From positions 925,848 to 989,847 of the forward strand of contig OZ253582.1 of NCBI GenBank assembly GCA_965263085.1: 64,000 nucleotides of DNA. The letters run 5' to 3'. The first letter of the stretch is position 1; every line of letters begins with the position of its first letter. A model generated the notes under the pieces. The model was not told where the DNA came from, ran no database searches, and worked only from the letters and a program-made list of their open reading frames with translations. Both the position numbers and the translations under genes were made by a program. The DNA comes from Nitrospinales bacterium (lineage in GTDB: Bacteria; Nitrospinota; Nitrospinia; Nitrospinales; VA-1). Positions 51,529 through 60,249 of this stretch are shown here, in pieces.

Positions 51529-52109
51529 GCCACCCTCTTTTTGGCCTTGTCAGTGCCCGCTTCCGCCATGATCTTTTCCTGAAGTTTGATCACGCCATAA
51601 AGCAGGGCTTCGGGGCCAGGAGGACATCCGGGAACATAAACATCCACCGGCACCACGCGGTCCACCCCTTGAACTATGGAGTAATTATTGAAAATCCCTC
51701 CGCAGGAAGCACAGGCCCCCATAGAGATCACCCACTTTGGCTCGGGCATCTGGTCATAAATCTGTTTCAGAATCGGTGCCATTTTCTGTGATACCCGCCC
51801 CGACACAATCATCAAATCTGCCTGACGCGGAGAAGCGCGGAAAACCTCAGCCCCGAAACGCGCCGCATCCCAACGCGAGTTGGCCATGGCCATCATTTCA
51901 ATAGCACAACAGGCCAGCCCGAAAGTTGCGGGCCACAAGGCGTTTTTCTGGGCCCAACCAACAACCTTGCCAAGCTTGGTGGTCAATACAGTGTCGTAAA
52001 GGGACCCGGCATACTCATGCCCCAATGCCTCAACAGCATCCTGAACATTTAATTTAAGATTATTGACTTCAGCCTCAAATGCTTCAGCTGCATCTTCGAT
52101 CAATCCCAT
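51525..52109 (-). CDS. nuoB: NADH-quinone oxidoreductase subunit B
   Basis: ATG at 52109 is preceded by GAGGAGG. Motifs [19 protein letters not shown] and GCPPGPE ligate the N2 cluster. The listed start 52220 would overlap nuoA by 121 nt. Confidence 0.93.
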   Translation of the reverse strand: MGLIEDAAEAFEAEVNNLKLNVQDAVEALGHEYAGSLYDTVLTTKLGKVVGWAQKNALWPATFGLACCAIEMMAMANSRWDAARFGAEVFRASPRQADLMIVSGRVSQKMAPILKQIYDQMPEPKWVISMGACASCGGIFNNYSIVQGVDRVVPVDVYVPGCPPGPEALLYGVIKLQEKIMAEAGTDKAKKRVA

Positions 52110-52453
52110 TCCAAACCTCCTCGGCCCCAAATATAGATGTATGCGATTCCAAGAATGATTATGAAAATAGCCATTTCCATCAATCCAAATACTTTGAGTT
52201 CTCCCAATGCTACCGCCCACGGGTACATGAATACCACTTCCACATCAAAGATAATGAAAAGCATGGCGATAGTGGCAAAGCGCACCGGATAACGGCCTTT
52301 GGCCTCTTCGGTTGGGATTATACCGCACTCATAGGGAAGCATTTTTTGTGGGCTGGGGTTGCGCGGACCCAGCACTGTAGATAATACCAGTAAGGCCCCT
52401 GCCACTACAATGGCGACCACCGCGAACAACGAAATGTAAAAATACTCGACCAT
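52100..52453 (-). CDS. nuoA: NADH-quinone oxidoreductase subunit A
   Basis: 117 aa with 3 TM helices and motifs PYECG and [14 protein letters not shown]. It is the first gene of the operon. Confidence 0.93.
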   Translation of the reverse strand: MVEYFYISLFAVVAIVVAGALLVLSTVLGPRNPSPQKMLPYECGIIPTEEAKGRYPVRFATIAMLFIIFDVEVVFMYPWAVALGELKVFGLMEMAIFIIILGIAYIYIWGRGGLEWD

Positions 52454-52502
52454 TTAATACCTCAATATTGGTCCTGCCCAAAAAACCAGACCCTTTCCTC
52501 AC

Positions 52503-52508
52503 ATTATA
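52503..52508 (-). promoter_or_regulatory. candidate -10 box (TATAAT) for the nuo operon
   Basis: The minus strand reads ...ccgataagtgttctagatcgctacTATAATgtgagg, about 50 nt upstream of the nuoA ATG. The -35 match is poor (ccgata at 18 nt). Confidence 0.25.
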
Positions 52509-52813
52509 GTAGCGATCTAGAACACTTATCGGAAAAACAGAAACCCCGTTTAACAATAATATGTTAGCACCACCTAGAAAAATTTGGGAAACAAGCCACT
52601 GGAGTCGAGATTATATCAGCCTGCCCTACCCTGTCAATAATTGATTTACCAGGGAATACAGGCATTGTCCGGACCGCTCTAAAGACCGAAAAACCTTTAT
52701 TTCAAAAGGGTTAATGAAACCGAAAACGAGGCTTGTGATCGTGGAGAGAGAACTAACAAGGGCAGAACACATTGCCTGCAAGGTTATCCAACCGGCGGGG
52801 TTTTTAAGCCGAT

Positions 52814-54151
52814 TCAGGAATATTCGATGTGAAGACGGTAGATGAGACCGCTAGGGTTGTCGCTGGGATCTTTGGCGTCAGGCTGGGCGTAATGGATCAG
52901 TTCGAAGTTGATGGTGTTTTCCCCGGCCTGAACAAACTGGTCGATGTCAATCAAAAACGGATCAGGGTATTCCGCCCCACCATATTCCTGTTTGAGGCTG
53001 ACGTTGTTCACCAAGATATGGCAGGCGTCATCTGAACGCAGTAGAATGTCCGCCCGACGGATGGCATTAGTATTGTTGATGGGAAGATCAAATTTAATGC
53101 GGAATTTATGCTGGCTACCAGTTTTGGCTTCCTCTAACGAAACCGCTTCGCGGACCCACACCCACTGGCTTCCTTTAATACCATGCCAGCCACTTCCCAT
53201 CTCACAAATGGAAGCCTTGTTCCAGGTTTCCGAATCCGCTTCGTAAAATTCGGTTTCACTGCCACTGGCCAGAACCAGTGTTCTAGTCTTAACAGCAAGG
53301 GGGTCAGGCGAATTCATATCCACAAGCTTACTAGACTCCCACATGATTTCATTCATCTCTTTCCAATAATCGAACATGCCTCCCTTTTTGCTAACCACCA
53401 GCATGCTCGGTCGGGGAGTACTGCGACCTAGGTAAGGCCCGATGTCGGCCACGATCACCCCCGAAGAGCGCTCCGGATCAATCGATATAAAAGAATGCGA
53501 AGGGATGGTGTCATAACTATGTACAATCAGCTTCCCTTTATTCTCGGGCAGACTATCCTGCTGAATTTCATCGTGAAGCTTCTGCAATAAAAGCAAGGAA
53601 GTTTTTATTTCGTTCAAAAATGTATGCTTGCCCCCCCCCTGCTTGGTGATCAACTCTACCACTGGAGAATTGGGGTCTATAAGCAGTAAGCGGATTTTGA
53701 TTCCGTTTAAGACCTTATCCTTGATCAATTCCCGGCTTGCGGTCGAAATCGACAACAAAGAAGACCCCCCTATGAAGATTTCTTCCTTCACATTTTTGAA
53801 CAAAATCTCAAAAGAAGTCGCCTGCGCAAGCTCGGAGCGATTTTTATAGATCCCATGAATGCCCAGACGAACCGCATCGGGATTGACAATCTCTTCCAAC
53901 GCCTCCTTATATTCATTGAAAGTCAATTCCCGTAAAAAAACTTCGTAACCCAACGAAATCACCCCAATGAGGGAAATCAGCAATGCGAACTCGCGAACCG
54001 GGTGTAGCCAGACGCTATGCGTGTCGAACAACTTTTCGGAGCCGATATAAGACCCGGCCCCAACCACAAAGATGGCCAGTGCTAGAAACATGATACGGTC
54101 ACGCACCCACTGGCGAATATTCACTCCGTCTTTTTTTACGGTTTTGGCCAT
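52814..54151 (-). CDS. orphan membrane protein: 2 TM helices, a PLD-fold-like (DUF5919-like) central domain, and a C-terminal jelly-roll-like domain
   Basis: 445 aa. TM1 is IMFLALAIFVVGAGSYIG and TM2 is FALLISLIGVISLGYEVFL. The centre (IKIRLLLIDPNSPVV...LIVHSYDTIPSHSFISID...MFDYWKEMNEIMWESS) resembles, from memory, the DUF5919 pattern. The C-terminus (SQWVWV...HKFRIKFDLP..RRADILLRSDDACHILVNN...GENTINFEL...GLIYRLHIEY) has a galactose-binding-like pattern. Confidence 0.55.
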   Translation of the reverse strand: MAKTVKKDGVNIRQWVRDRIMFLALAIFVVGAGSYIGSEKLFDTHSVWLHPVREFALLISLIGVISLGYEVFLRELTFNEYKEALEEIVNPDAVRLGIHGIYKNRSELAQATSFEILFKNVKEEIFIGGSSLLSISTASRELIKDKVLNGIKIRLLLIDPNSPVVELITKQGGGKHTFLNEIKTSLLLLQKLHDEIQQDSLPENKGKLIVHSYDTIPSHSFISIDPERSSGVIVADIGPYLGRSTPRPSMLVVSKKGGMFDYWKEMNEIMWESSKLVDMNSPDPLAVKTRTLVLASGSETEFYEADSETWNKASICEMGSGWHGIKGSQWVWVREAVSLEEAKTGSQHKFRIKFDLPINNTNAIRRADILLRSDDACHILVNNVSLKQEYGGAEYPDPFLIDIDQFVQAGENTINFELIHYAQPDAKDPSDNPSGLIYRLHIEYS

Positions 54152-54392
54152 GCGTTAAATGTTGGAAAATGTCTTATAAAAAAGGCCTCTCTTAGCAAAG
54201 AGAAGCAGATCGAATAGCCCGTATGCCGAAATAACCCTAGCTAGCCTGAGAAAGCCATTACCTCTCCGGGGCATGAGCTAACGATGGGGGTGTCACAGCT
54301 CCAGCATCACACTGGTCGTTGATACTACAGGATAAACCGGTGTTTCACAAATTAGTTATTATTCTATTCATACAACATGGGTATTCGGTGAT

Positions 54393-56690
54393 TTAGCTCA
54401 ACCCTAACTTTCGCCGTATAAACCAGTCCATCACCAGAAAGCCCACCACGAGGCCATAGGCCCACCAGTTGTCCAAAAGCGAAAAAGACCGGCTGTGGCT
54501 TTTCAGCAGCACGTCAAGGTTGGCAAATCGGTAAGCACTGAGATCATCACTGCCCTTGAGAAGGCGGTGCTGGCCGCCACTGATCTCAGCAATCTTTTTC
54601 AGCAGGATTTCGTTGACCATCGGCTTTTCAAATTCTGCGTTATCTTTTAATACTGAGAAGATGATCTCCTCTTCCAGGGATTCTCCCTCCAGATCAACCT
54701 TTATGCGAGCGGTATAAAACCCTTCCTCGCCGGGAAGAAACGGGGAAACCCCTTCTCCCTGCTCATCGGTTTTCAATTCTATTTCGTCGCCAGATTTTTC
54801 CTTGAGCGGTTTCAAAACCAGCTTTACTGTCACACCAATCGCAGGCTGGTAATTTTTTTTCAGCAATTTGAATTTTACCAAGGCCTGCTCGCCTTCCCAG
54901 TACCGTTCTTTGTCAGACTCCAACTGTAGCCGCCGCATTTCTGGTTCGGCAATCAGCCAATCAATGACATTATTCCAGAACCTTTGGAAATACCGACCGC
55001 TACCTCCACTACCGACATTCCTGAAATTCCAGTTCCAGATAGAATCCGTGCCCAGTAGTGCGGTTCGACCTTTACCGAATTCACCGGCAACCAGAATGGG
55101 AATGACGGTCTTCTCCTCCTTGGCATACTGGGCCAGAACGTGCGCGCTCTTGTCCGGAAGCAATCCTATGTTCACCCCTTGAAGTGGTGGAAGCGACTGC
55201 CACACCTCCTGATTAAGATTCAGATCTTTCTCCAGACGTAGTATGGGATGATGAAAAAATTCTTGATTCAAGGCCAGGTGAAAAACTTCATCAACGAAAG
55301 CCCAGCTGGTCTCGCGAAAATTCACCGGCAGGATTTCTTCAATAGGTGTCCGCGAATAGCCTCCACCCTGAAATGAAAGCTCGCCGCCAATCATTAAAAA
55401 GGCGCCGCCATTCTGGACGTATTTCCGAATATTACCCAGATATTCCTTGTCTATAAAGGGGTCGTATTTAAAGTTCTGAAAAATAAGCAGGTCAAAAGAA
55501 CTCAGGTAATCGTCGAATAACAGGTTGGAAGGGAAAGGGATCAAGCTGAGTTCTGTCATCGGAGCTTTCACATCATCGCCTATATTCCTGAGAATAAAAA
55601 ATGACAATAGGTCCACTTTCGGGTTGTGGGCAAGAACTTCGCGGAGATAACGGGAATCCCACGAAGGGCGGCCGTTGAGATGCAAAACCCGAATCCTGTC
55701 TCGCACCACATTTACCTCGAACTCTTTTTCATTATTGGTGAGGATGAACTCATCGGCAAACCTAGGCAGACTGAGGGAATAAATTCTTTTGCCCGTACTT
55801 TTAGGTGTGAATTCTAACTCCACTTCATAACGTTTCGTGTCTTCGCTCACCTCAACAATCCTTGAGACCAGAATATGGTCACCCTCTTTCAAAACCAGAG
55901 GGATGTTGCGGTTACCCAGCGATGAAGAAAACACGGTGAGAGAAATTCTGAGAGGTTGTTGCACAAACCCGAATTCCGATGCCGAGACAGCTTCGATGGC
56001 AATATCTTTAAAACCTTCATTTCCACCAGCCTGAAGGGTGTGAATCGGGCTTCCCAAAGCTTTGATCCTCTCCACTAGATTCCTTGATATTTCGCCGGAC
56101 TCCTGAGTCAAATCCGCACCGTCCGAAAACAGCAATACCCCTTGAAGTGATGAATCCGGATAACGCCCGGCCAATTCATCGAACACCCGGGTCAGATCGG
56201 TAAAAGGGCGATGTGGGAGGTAAAGATTTTCAACTGCTCCAGCCCTCACCTTTTCGATACCATCAGAGAAAAAATAATAGTCCACGTTGAAATCTTTCCC
56301 TAGATCCTCAAAATAGGTGGCGTTGGTCTTCAAAGCTTTTTTCACTAAGTCAAGTCTCAGAGACTCATCAGTTTTTATGGAAAGACTTTTACTATTATCA
56401 AGCAAAACCGCGATGGAGTTTTTGAGGGACTGGCTTTTGCGGAATTCCAGCTCAGGTTTTAATAATATCAACAGTAAAAGTGTAAACGCTACCAGCCTGA
56501 GTATAAAGAGCAAGAGCTTTCTCGAGCGGGAACCAATCCGATTCAAACTTGTCCAGAAAAACCAGAGTGCAACGGGAACCACAATGCCGAGGACGGTGAA
56601 TACCAATACCGGATCTTCGGGTGACCAATGCAACTGCCATTGGTTATAAATTTCGGAATTGATACCCAGCAACTTCTCCAACTCGTTCAT
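54393..56690 (-). CDS. BatA-N / vWA / GATase1-like membrane protein
   Basis: 765 aa. It has an N-terminal double-TM region (LHWSPEDPVLVFTVLGIVVPVALWFF, LLLFILRLVAFTLLLLILL), the vWA MIDAS motif LLDNSKS, GVLLFSDGAD, later IRVLHLNGRPSWD and GGAFLMIGG, and a C-terminal TM. Confidence 0.7.
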   Translation of the reverse strand: MNELEKLLGINSEIYNQWQLHWSPEDPVLVFTVLGIVVPVALWFFWTSLNRIGSRSRKLLLFILRLVAFTLLLLILLKPELEFRKSQSLKNSIAVLLDNSKSLSIKTDESLRLDLVKKALKTNATYFEDLGKDFNVDYYFFSDGIEKVRAGAVENLYLPHRPFTDLTRVFDELAGRYPDSSLQGVLLFSDGADLTQESGEISRNLVERIKALGSPIHTLQAGGNEGFKDIAIEAVSASEFGFVQQPLRISLTVFSSSLGNRNIPLVLKEGDHILVSRIVEVSEDTKRYEVELEFTPKSTGKRIYSLSLPRFADEFILTNNEKEFEVNVVRDRIRVLHLNGRPSWDSRYLREVLAHNPKVDLLSFFILRNIGDDVKAPMTELSLIPFPSNLLFDDYLSSFDLLIFQNFKYDPFIDKEYLGNIRKYVQNGGAFLMIGGELSFQGGGYSRTPIEEILPVNFRETSWAFVDEVFHLALNQEFFHHPILRLEKDLNLNQEVWQSLPPLQGVNIGLLPDKSAHVLAQYAKEEKTVIPILVAGEFGKGRTALLGTDSIWNWNFRNVGSGGSGRYFQRFWNNVIDWLIAEPEMRRLQLESDKERYWEGEQALVKFKLLKKNYQPAIGVTVKLVLKPLKEKSGDEIELKTDEQGEGVSPFLPGEEGFYTARIKVDLEGESLEEEIIFSVLKDNAEFEKPMVNEILLKKIAEISGGQHRLLKGSDDLSAYRFANLDVLLKSHSRSFSLLDNWWAYGLVVGFLVMDWFIRRKLGLS

Positions 56691-57454
56691 TTGGGATTGT
56701 ACCTGCGTAGACGTTCAAGAATAATAGGCAAATGCACCATATCCTTTTTATAGTCCAGAGTCAGCGCATACATAATGATGTTAACGCCCAGGCGGATGGC
56801 AAGTTGCCTTTGCCTATCCCCTCCCGTGATCACGTCATAGTTCCAATGCCCCAGCTTATTGCGTGACCATGCACCGCCATGATCGTTCGAGCTATATATC
56901 AAGACGGTTCGCCCTTTAATGGATACTCCTTCCAGATAGGGCTTGACGATGGACCGACCGGAAACGGTATTGAGCAAATAAAAAGAACGAAAAATAGAAT
57001 GGTCACGCTGAATTTTTCTGAGCGGATTCTGCGGGAACAATGCTGATATCATTTTGCGAACCGAGGTACCAAATGTAGAATCGGCCCGAGCGGAATTATC
57101 ATCAATAAAAATGAACCCTCCATAGCTCAAATAATTCCGTAAAACTTTCATATTCTTTTCCGGGAAAGGATCGAAACCTTCATCACCCCCCATATAGATT
57201 AGAGGGTGGCGGAATAGCTTGGGATCGGAAACGTTCAACTCTACCGGCTCACGGTTGACCTCAATGGACGTTCTGCGCGTGACCTGAGCCAAGAGACTGC
57301 GCAGGGCTTCCGGTCGGGGATTGTCGTTACCGCCTTGATACCTGATCCTGGGGAGGGTCAGGTTGGAGGAGTAGCCTGCCACAGCCGAGGGAATATTCTC
57401 TCCCCATGCGGCGAAAAACAACACCAGCCCTAATATCGTTAAAAGTTTTCTCAT
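56687..57454 (-). CDS. DUF4159-like secreted protein
   Basis: 255 aa with a signal peptide (LLTILGLVLFFAAWG). The LRNYLSYGGFIFIDDN segment resembles the DUF4159 core. It overlaps the downstream BatA-like gene by 4 nt. Confidence 0.6.
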   Translation of the reverse strand: MRKLLTILGLVLFFAAWGENIPSAVAGYSSNLTLPRIRYQGGNDNPRPEALRSLLAQVTRRTSIEVNREPVELNVSDPKLFRHPLIYMGGDEGFDPFPEKNMKVLRNYLSYGGFIFIDDNSARADSTFGTSVRKMISALFPQNPLRKIQRDHSIFRSFYLLNTVSGRSIVKPYLEGVSIKGRTVLIYSSNDHGGAWSRNKLGHWNYDVITGGDRQRQLAIRLGVNIIMYALTLDYKKDMVHLPIILERLRRYNPK

Positions 57455-57597
57455 CCTTAGAAGTTTAAATCAGGACGGGTGCCTATAGCAATGGACCAAA
57501 ATGCCTTGTCTTTCATGGATAATTCTTTTTGTAGGTCAGAGCCCGCTAGGGTAAACTTGGATCGCATTTGATCACCAACCTTTTGCAAACAAAACTT

Positions 57598-58677
57598 ATG
57601 CCACGAACTGTTTTGCTCAGCCCGGGCCCGGTCAATGTAACTGACCGGGTCCGGCAGGCTTTAATGCGCCCCGACCTCTGCCACCGAGAAAAAGAATTCT
57701 CGGATATTATGGCAGCGATCCGCGTAAAATTGCTCAAGGCTTTTGATATCGAAGAGAAGTACACCTCCGTCCTGGTTTCCGGGTCGGGAACAGCGGCGCT
57801 GGAGATGGCCATCTCTTCCTCCTTGAGTCCGGGTCGATCGATGCTGGTCATCCAAAATGGTGTCTATGGTGAGCGTATTGGAAAAATCTGTGACATTTAC
57901 CAGTTCAACCGCCGCACCCTCGGACTGAGTTGGGGAGAACCACCTCGACTAGAGGACATTGAGATCGAGTTAAAGCAAAACCCCGATATAGAAGTGGTGG
58001 CCTTAGTACATCATGAAACGACAACCGGACTTCTCAATCCCTTAAAAGAAGTAGGCGAGCTTGCCTGGCGCTATGGAAAAGTTTTTTTAGTGGACTGCAT
58101 CAGCAGTCTGGCGGGAGATGAAGTCGATTTCAAGTCCATTGATATTGTGGCCGGCACCGCCAACAAATGCATTCAGGGTTTTCCCGGCGTGTCTTTTGTC
58201 CTGTTTCAGAAAAAAGAGTTGGACCGCTTGCGCAAAATTCCCGAACGAACGCTCTACTTCAACCTGACCAGCTACCACAAGGCCCAAGAAGCAGGTGGGA
58301 TGCTGTTTACTCCAGCAATCCCTGCTCATTACGCACTGGATGTGGCGCTTGATGAACTGATTGAAGAAACCGTTGCCAGCCGAATTGAGCGCTATGCTAG
58401 GGTGGCCCGTTTTCTACGAAACGGATTTAAAGACATGGGCTTAGAATTTTTAATTTCTGAAGGGCGAAGAAGTAATTGCCTGACCGGACTCCACCTGCCG
58501 AAAGGAATCAGTTATGAAAAGCTTCATGGAGAGTTGAGAGCCAGCGGTTTCGTCATCTATGCCGGGCAAGGAAACCTCAGTGATAATATTTTCCGCGTGG
58601 CAAATATGGGGGATATCACCCATGAAGAATTTAAGCAGTTCCTGCAAGTCTTGAAAGCAACGCTAACAGCTTCTTGA
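57598..58677 (+). CDS. phnW: class-V aminotransferase, closest by eye to 2-aminoethylphosphonate--pyruvate transaminase
   Basis: From ATG 57598 it is collinear with enterobacterial PhnW as I recall it: LLSPGPV, YTSVLVSGSGTAALE, VHHETTTGLLNP, the ANKCIQGFPG PLP-Lys region, and GFVIYAGQG..FRVANMG. Confidence 0.7.
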   Translation: MPRTVLLSPGPVNVTDRVRQALMRPDLCHREKEFSDIMAAIRVKLLKAFDIEEKYTSVLVSGSGTAALEMAISSSLSPGRSMLVIQNGVYGERIGKICDIYQFNRRTLGLSWGEPPRLEDIEIELKQNPDIEVVALVHHETTTGLLNPLKEVGELAWRYGKVFLVDCISSLAGDEVDFKSIDIVAGTANKCIQGFPGVSFVLFQKKELDRLRKIPERTLYFNLTSYHKAQEAGGMLFTPAIPAHYALDVALDELIEETVASRIERYARVARFLRNGFKDMGLEFLISEGRRSNCLTGLHLPKGISYEKLHGELRASGFVIYAGQGNLSDNIFRVANMGDITHEEFKQFLQVLKATLTAS

Positions 58678-58714
58678 AATCAGGATTCGAGCCTCATCAT
58701 ACGGATGAAAGAAC

Positions 58715-58990
58715 TCAAAAGTTTGGCACCTCATTTGGGATTTCATATATAGTAAGCGCCTCAAGCGTTTTCAAAGCTTTTTTATAACTGCTACGGGTGC
58801 AGGACATCGTAGACATCCGTTAACTTACAGATTCTTACGGGCAGGGGAATATCTTACCGACAAGGTCTTGGTGATAGCCTTCACCATTGTATTTTTCATG
58901 GTGCTGACCCACTATTTGGATTACCCTTGTTCTGTAACACCCGAGCATTCTTACTTCCTCGCCGCTGTCAATAACGAGTGAGCCCGGTAT
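58715..58990 (-). pseudogene. relic of the C-terminal part of an HD-GYP domain (c-di-GMP phosphodiesterase-type) gene
   Basis: The minus strand reads ..VIQIVGQHHEKYNGEGYHQDLVGK, then after a frame shift DIPLPVRICKLTDVYDVLHP*, then after another shift RSSYKKALKTLEALTIYEIPNEVPNF*. It matches the HHE[RK][WY][DN]G.GYP.GL.G..IPL.ARI...[AT]DV[FY]DAL...R.YK.A pattern. The HD half is absent. Confidence 0.6.
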
Positions 58991-59004
58991 TTAATAATGG
59001 AGAT

Positions 59005-60249
59005 TCAAGCTTCCAACACGTCTATCCATTTAAAATTCTGGACGGGCAATATGGGGTAGACCGTAAAAAGTGGAGTGTTGTAGGGGACAATAGCCGTTTC
59101 AGTTCCGGGGCTGAGAGTCAGGTGAATGTTGACGAAGTTGAAGCTCATCCCTTCCTGCCAGGGTAAGGATGTGTTTTCAACATAGGCGGGCACCTTGTCT
59201 GCAGCATGACTCCGAACCATCAGGCCGGAACCACCTTCAAGCCCATACTCGTAAAGGTCCGGCGCTCCCTGAATGAGGATCGACACCTGGCTGGAATCAA
59301 ACCAGATTTTAAAATTTGAAACCACTTGGACATAAGGCCCCAAAGTCCCGGTGCGCTCCAGAACCGCACGAGGGTAGGCATATTCCACCGGAACTTCCGG
59401 CGTAGCCGGGTAAGCCGGAGCACGAAATTCTTTCTCCTTAATTCTGGAGACTGACAGAAAAATCAGGTTTGGATCATCCAAAGGAATATCCAAAATCTCC
59501 CCATCGTGAAAACTGCAGATCTTTCCCATTTCAAACCCTAAAGGAAAAGAGTAACCCATCTTGCAATAATAGGCCCGCATCCCCGCATCCAACGGGTCAT
59601 CGGGTTTTTTGCTGATCTTGATGTCGAAAGGCATCATCAGGTGGAAAGCATTAGTGCGCGCATTCATGAACGGACCGCATGCCCCTGGGTATTCGCGGTG
59701 CACTTTGGGGTTATCCGGCTCGAACTTTCTCGCTCCGCCGCCAAAGTGTTGTGCGATTTTCTCCTCCTTACTCAAGCTAAACTTACCCTGATAATAAGTA
59801 GAAGCTCGCTTCTGGGCAATATCTAAAAAATAGTCCGGTGCTTCGGTCTGCACCACCAAGCGCTGTTTTCCTGGAACATCCGTTTTAGTCGGCCGCATCG
59901 CTTCATTATAAATATTGATCTCGGCAGTGGTTTTTTTGATGTCCTGTTCTATCTGTCGGATCAGTTGCGGATTTTTGTAGGTGGTTTTATCGACCAGTTC
60001 CCGCAACCGGTTGAGCATTTCCAGCTTCAGGGTATAGCGTTTTGGCTCTTGAGCCAGAGCTTGAATAGTGGCCATCACAAGGCTGAACTGTTCCTCCGGT
60101 AAAAAACCGACTGCGTCGAAATCCGTTTCTCGGATAAAATCGAGTGCCATGGGACCAAACGCCTCTTCCTGTCGAAGCCCCAAAGTGAGCAGGTAATTGA
60201 GATAAGCCCGCGCCTCATTAAAATCCACAAAATTCTCCATAAGTATCAT
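59005..60249 (-). CDS. orphan hypothetical protein (414 aa): helical N-terminal region plus beta-rich C-terminal domain
   Basis: Intact ORF with an ATG start. The C-terminal half (YPGACGPFMNARTNAFHLMMPFDIKI ... GLMVRSHAAD ... IVPYNTPLFTVYPI) is reminiscent of DUF6065-type proteins, but only from memory. No catalytic motif was recognised. Confidence 0.5.
   Translation of the reverse strand: MILMENFVDFNEARAYLNYLLTLGLRQEEAFGPMALDFIRETDFDAVGFLPEEQFSLVMATIQALAQEPKRYTLKLEMLNRLRELVDKTTYKNPQLIRQIEQDIKKTTAEINIYNEAMRPTKTDVPGKQRLVVQTEAPDYFLDIAQKRASTYYQGKFSLSKEEKIAQHFGGGARKFEPDNPKVHREYPGACGPFMNARTNAFHLMMPFDIKISKKPDDPLDAGMRAYYCKMGYSFPLGFEMGKICSFHDGEILDIPLDDPNLIFLSVSRIKEKEFRAPAYPATPEVPVEYAYPRAVLERTGTLGPYVQVVSNFKIWFDSSQVSILIQGAPDLYEYGLEGGSGLMVRSHAADKVPAYVENTSLPWQEGMSFNFVNIHLTLSPGTETAIVPYNTPLFTVYPILPVQNFKWIDVLEA

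Noticed and set aside
52110-52220. Upstream extension of nuoB; likewise 43142..43192 for nuoK and 1552..1665 for the small secreted protein
   Set aside because: The extensions overlap the preceding gene or lack coding character. The internal ATGs have good Shine-Dalgarno sequences.
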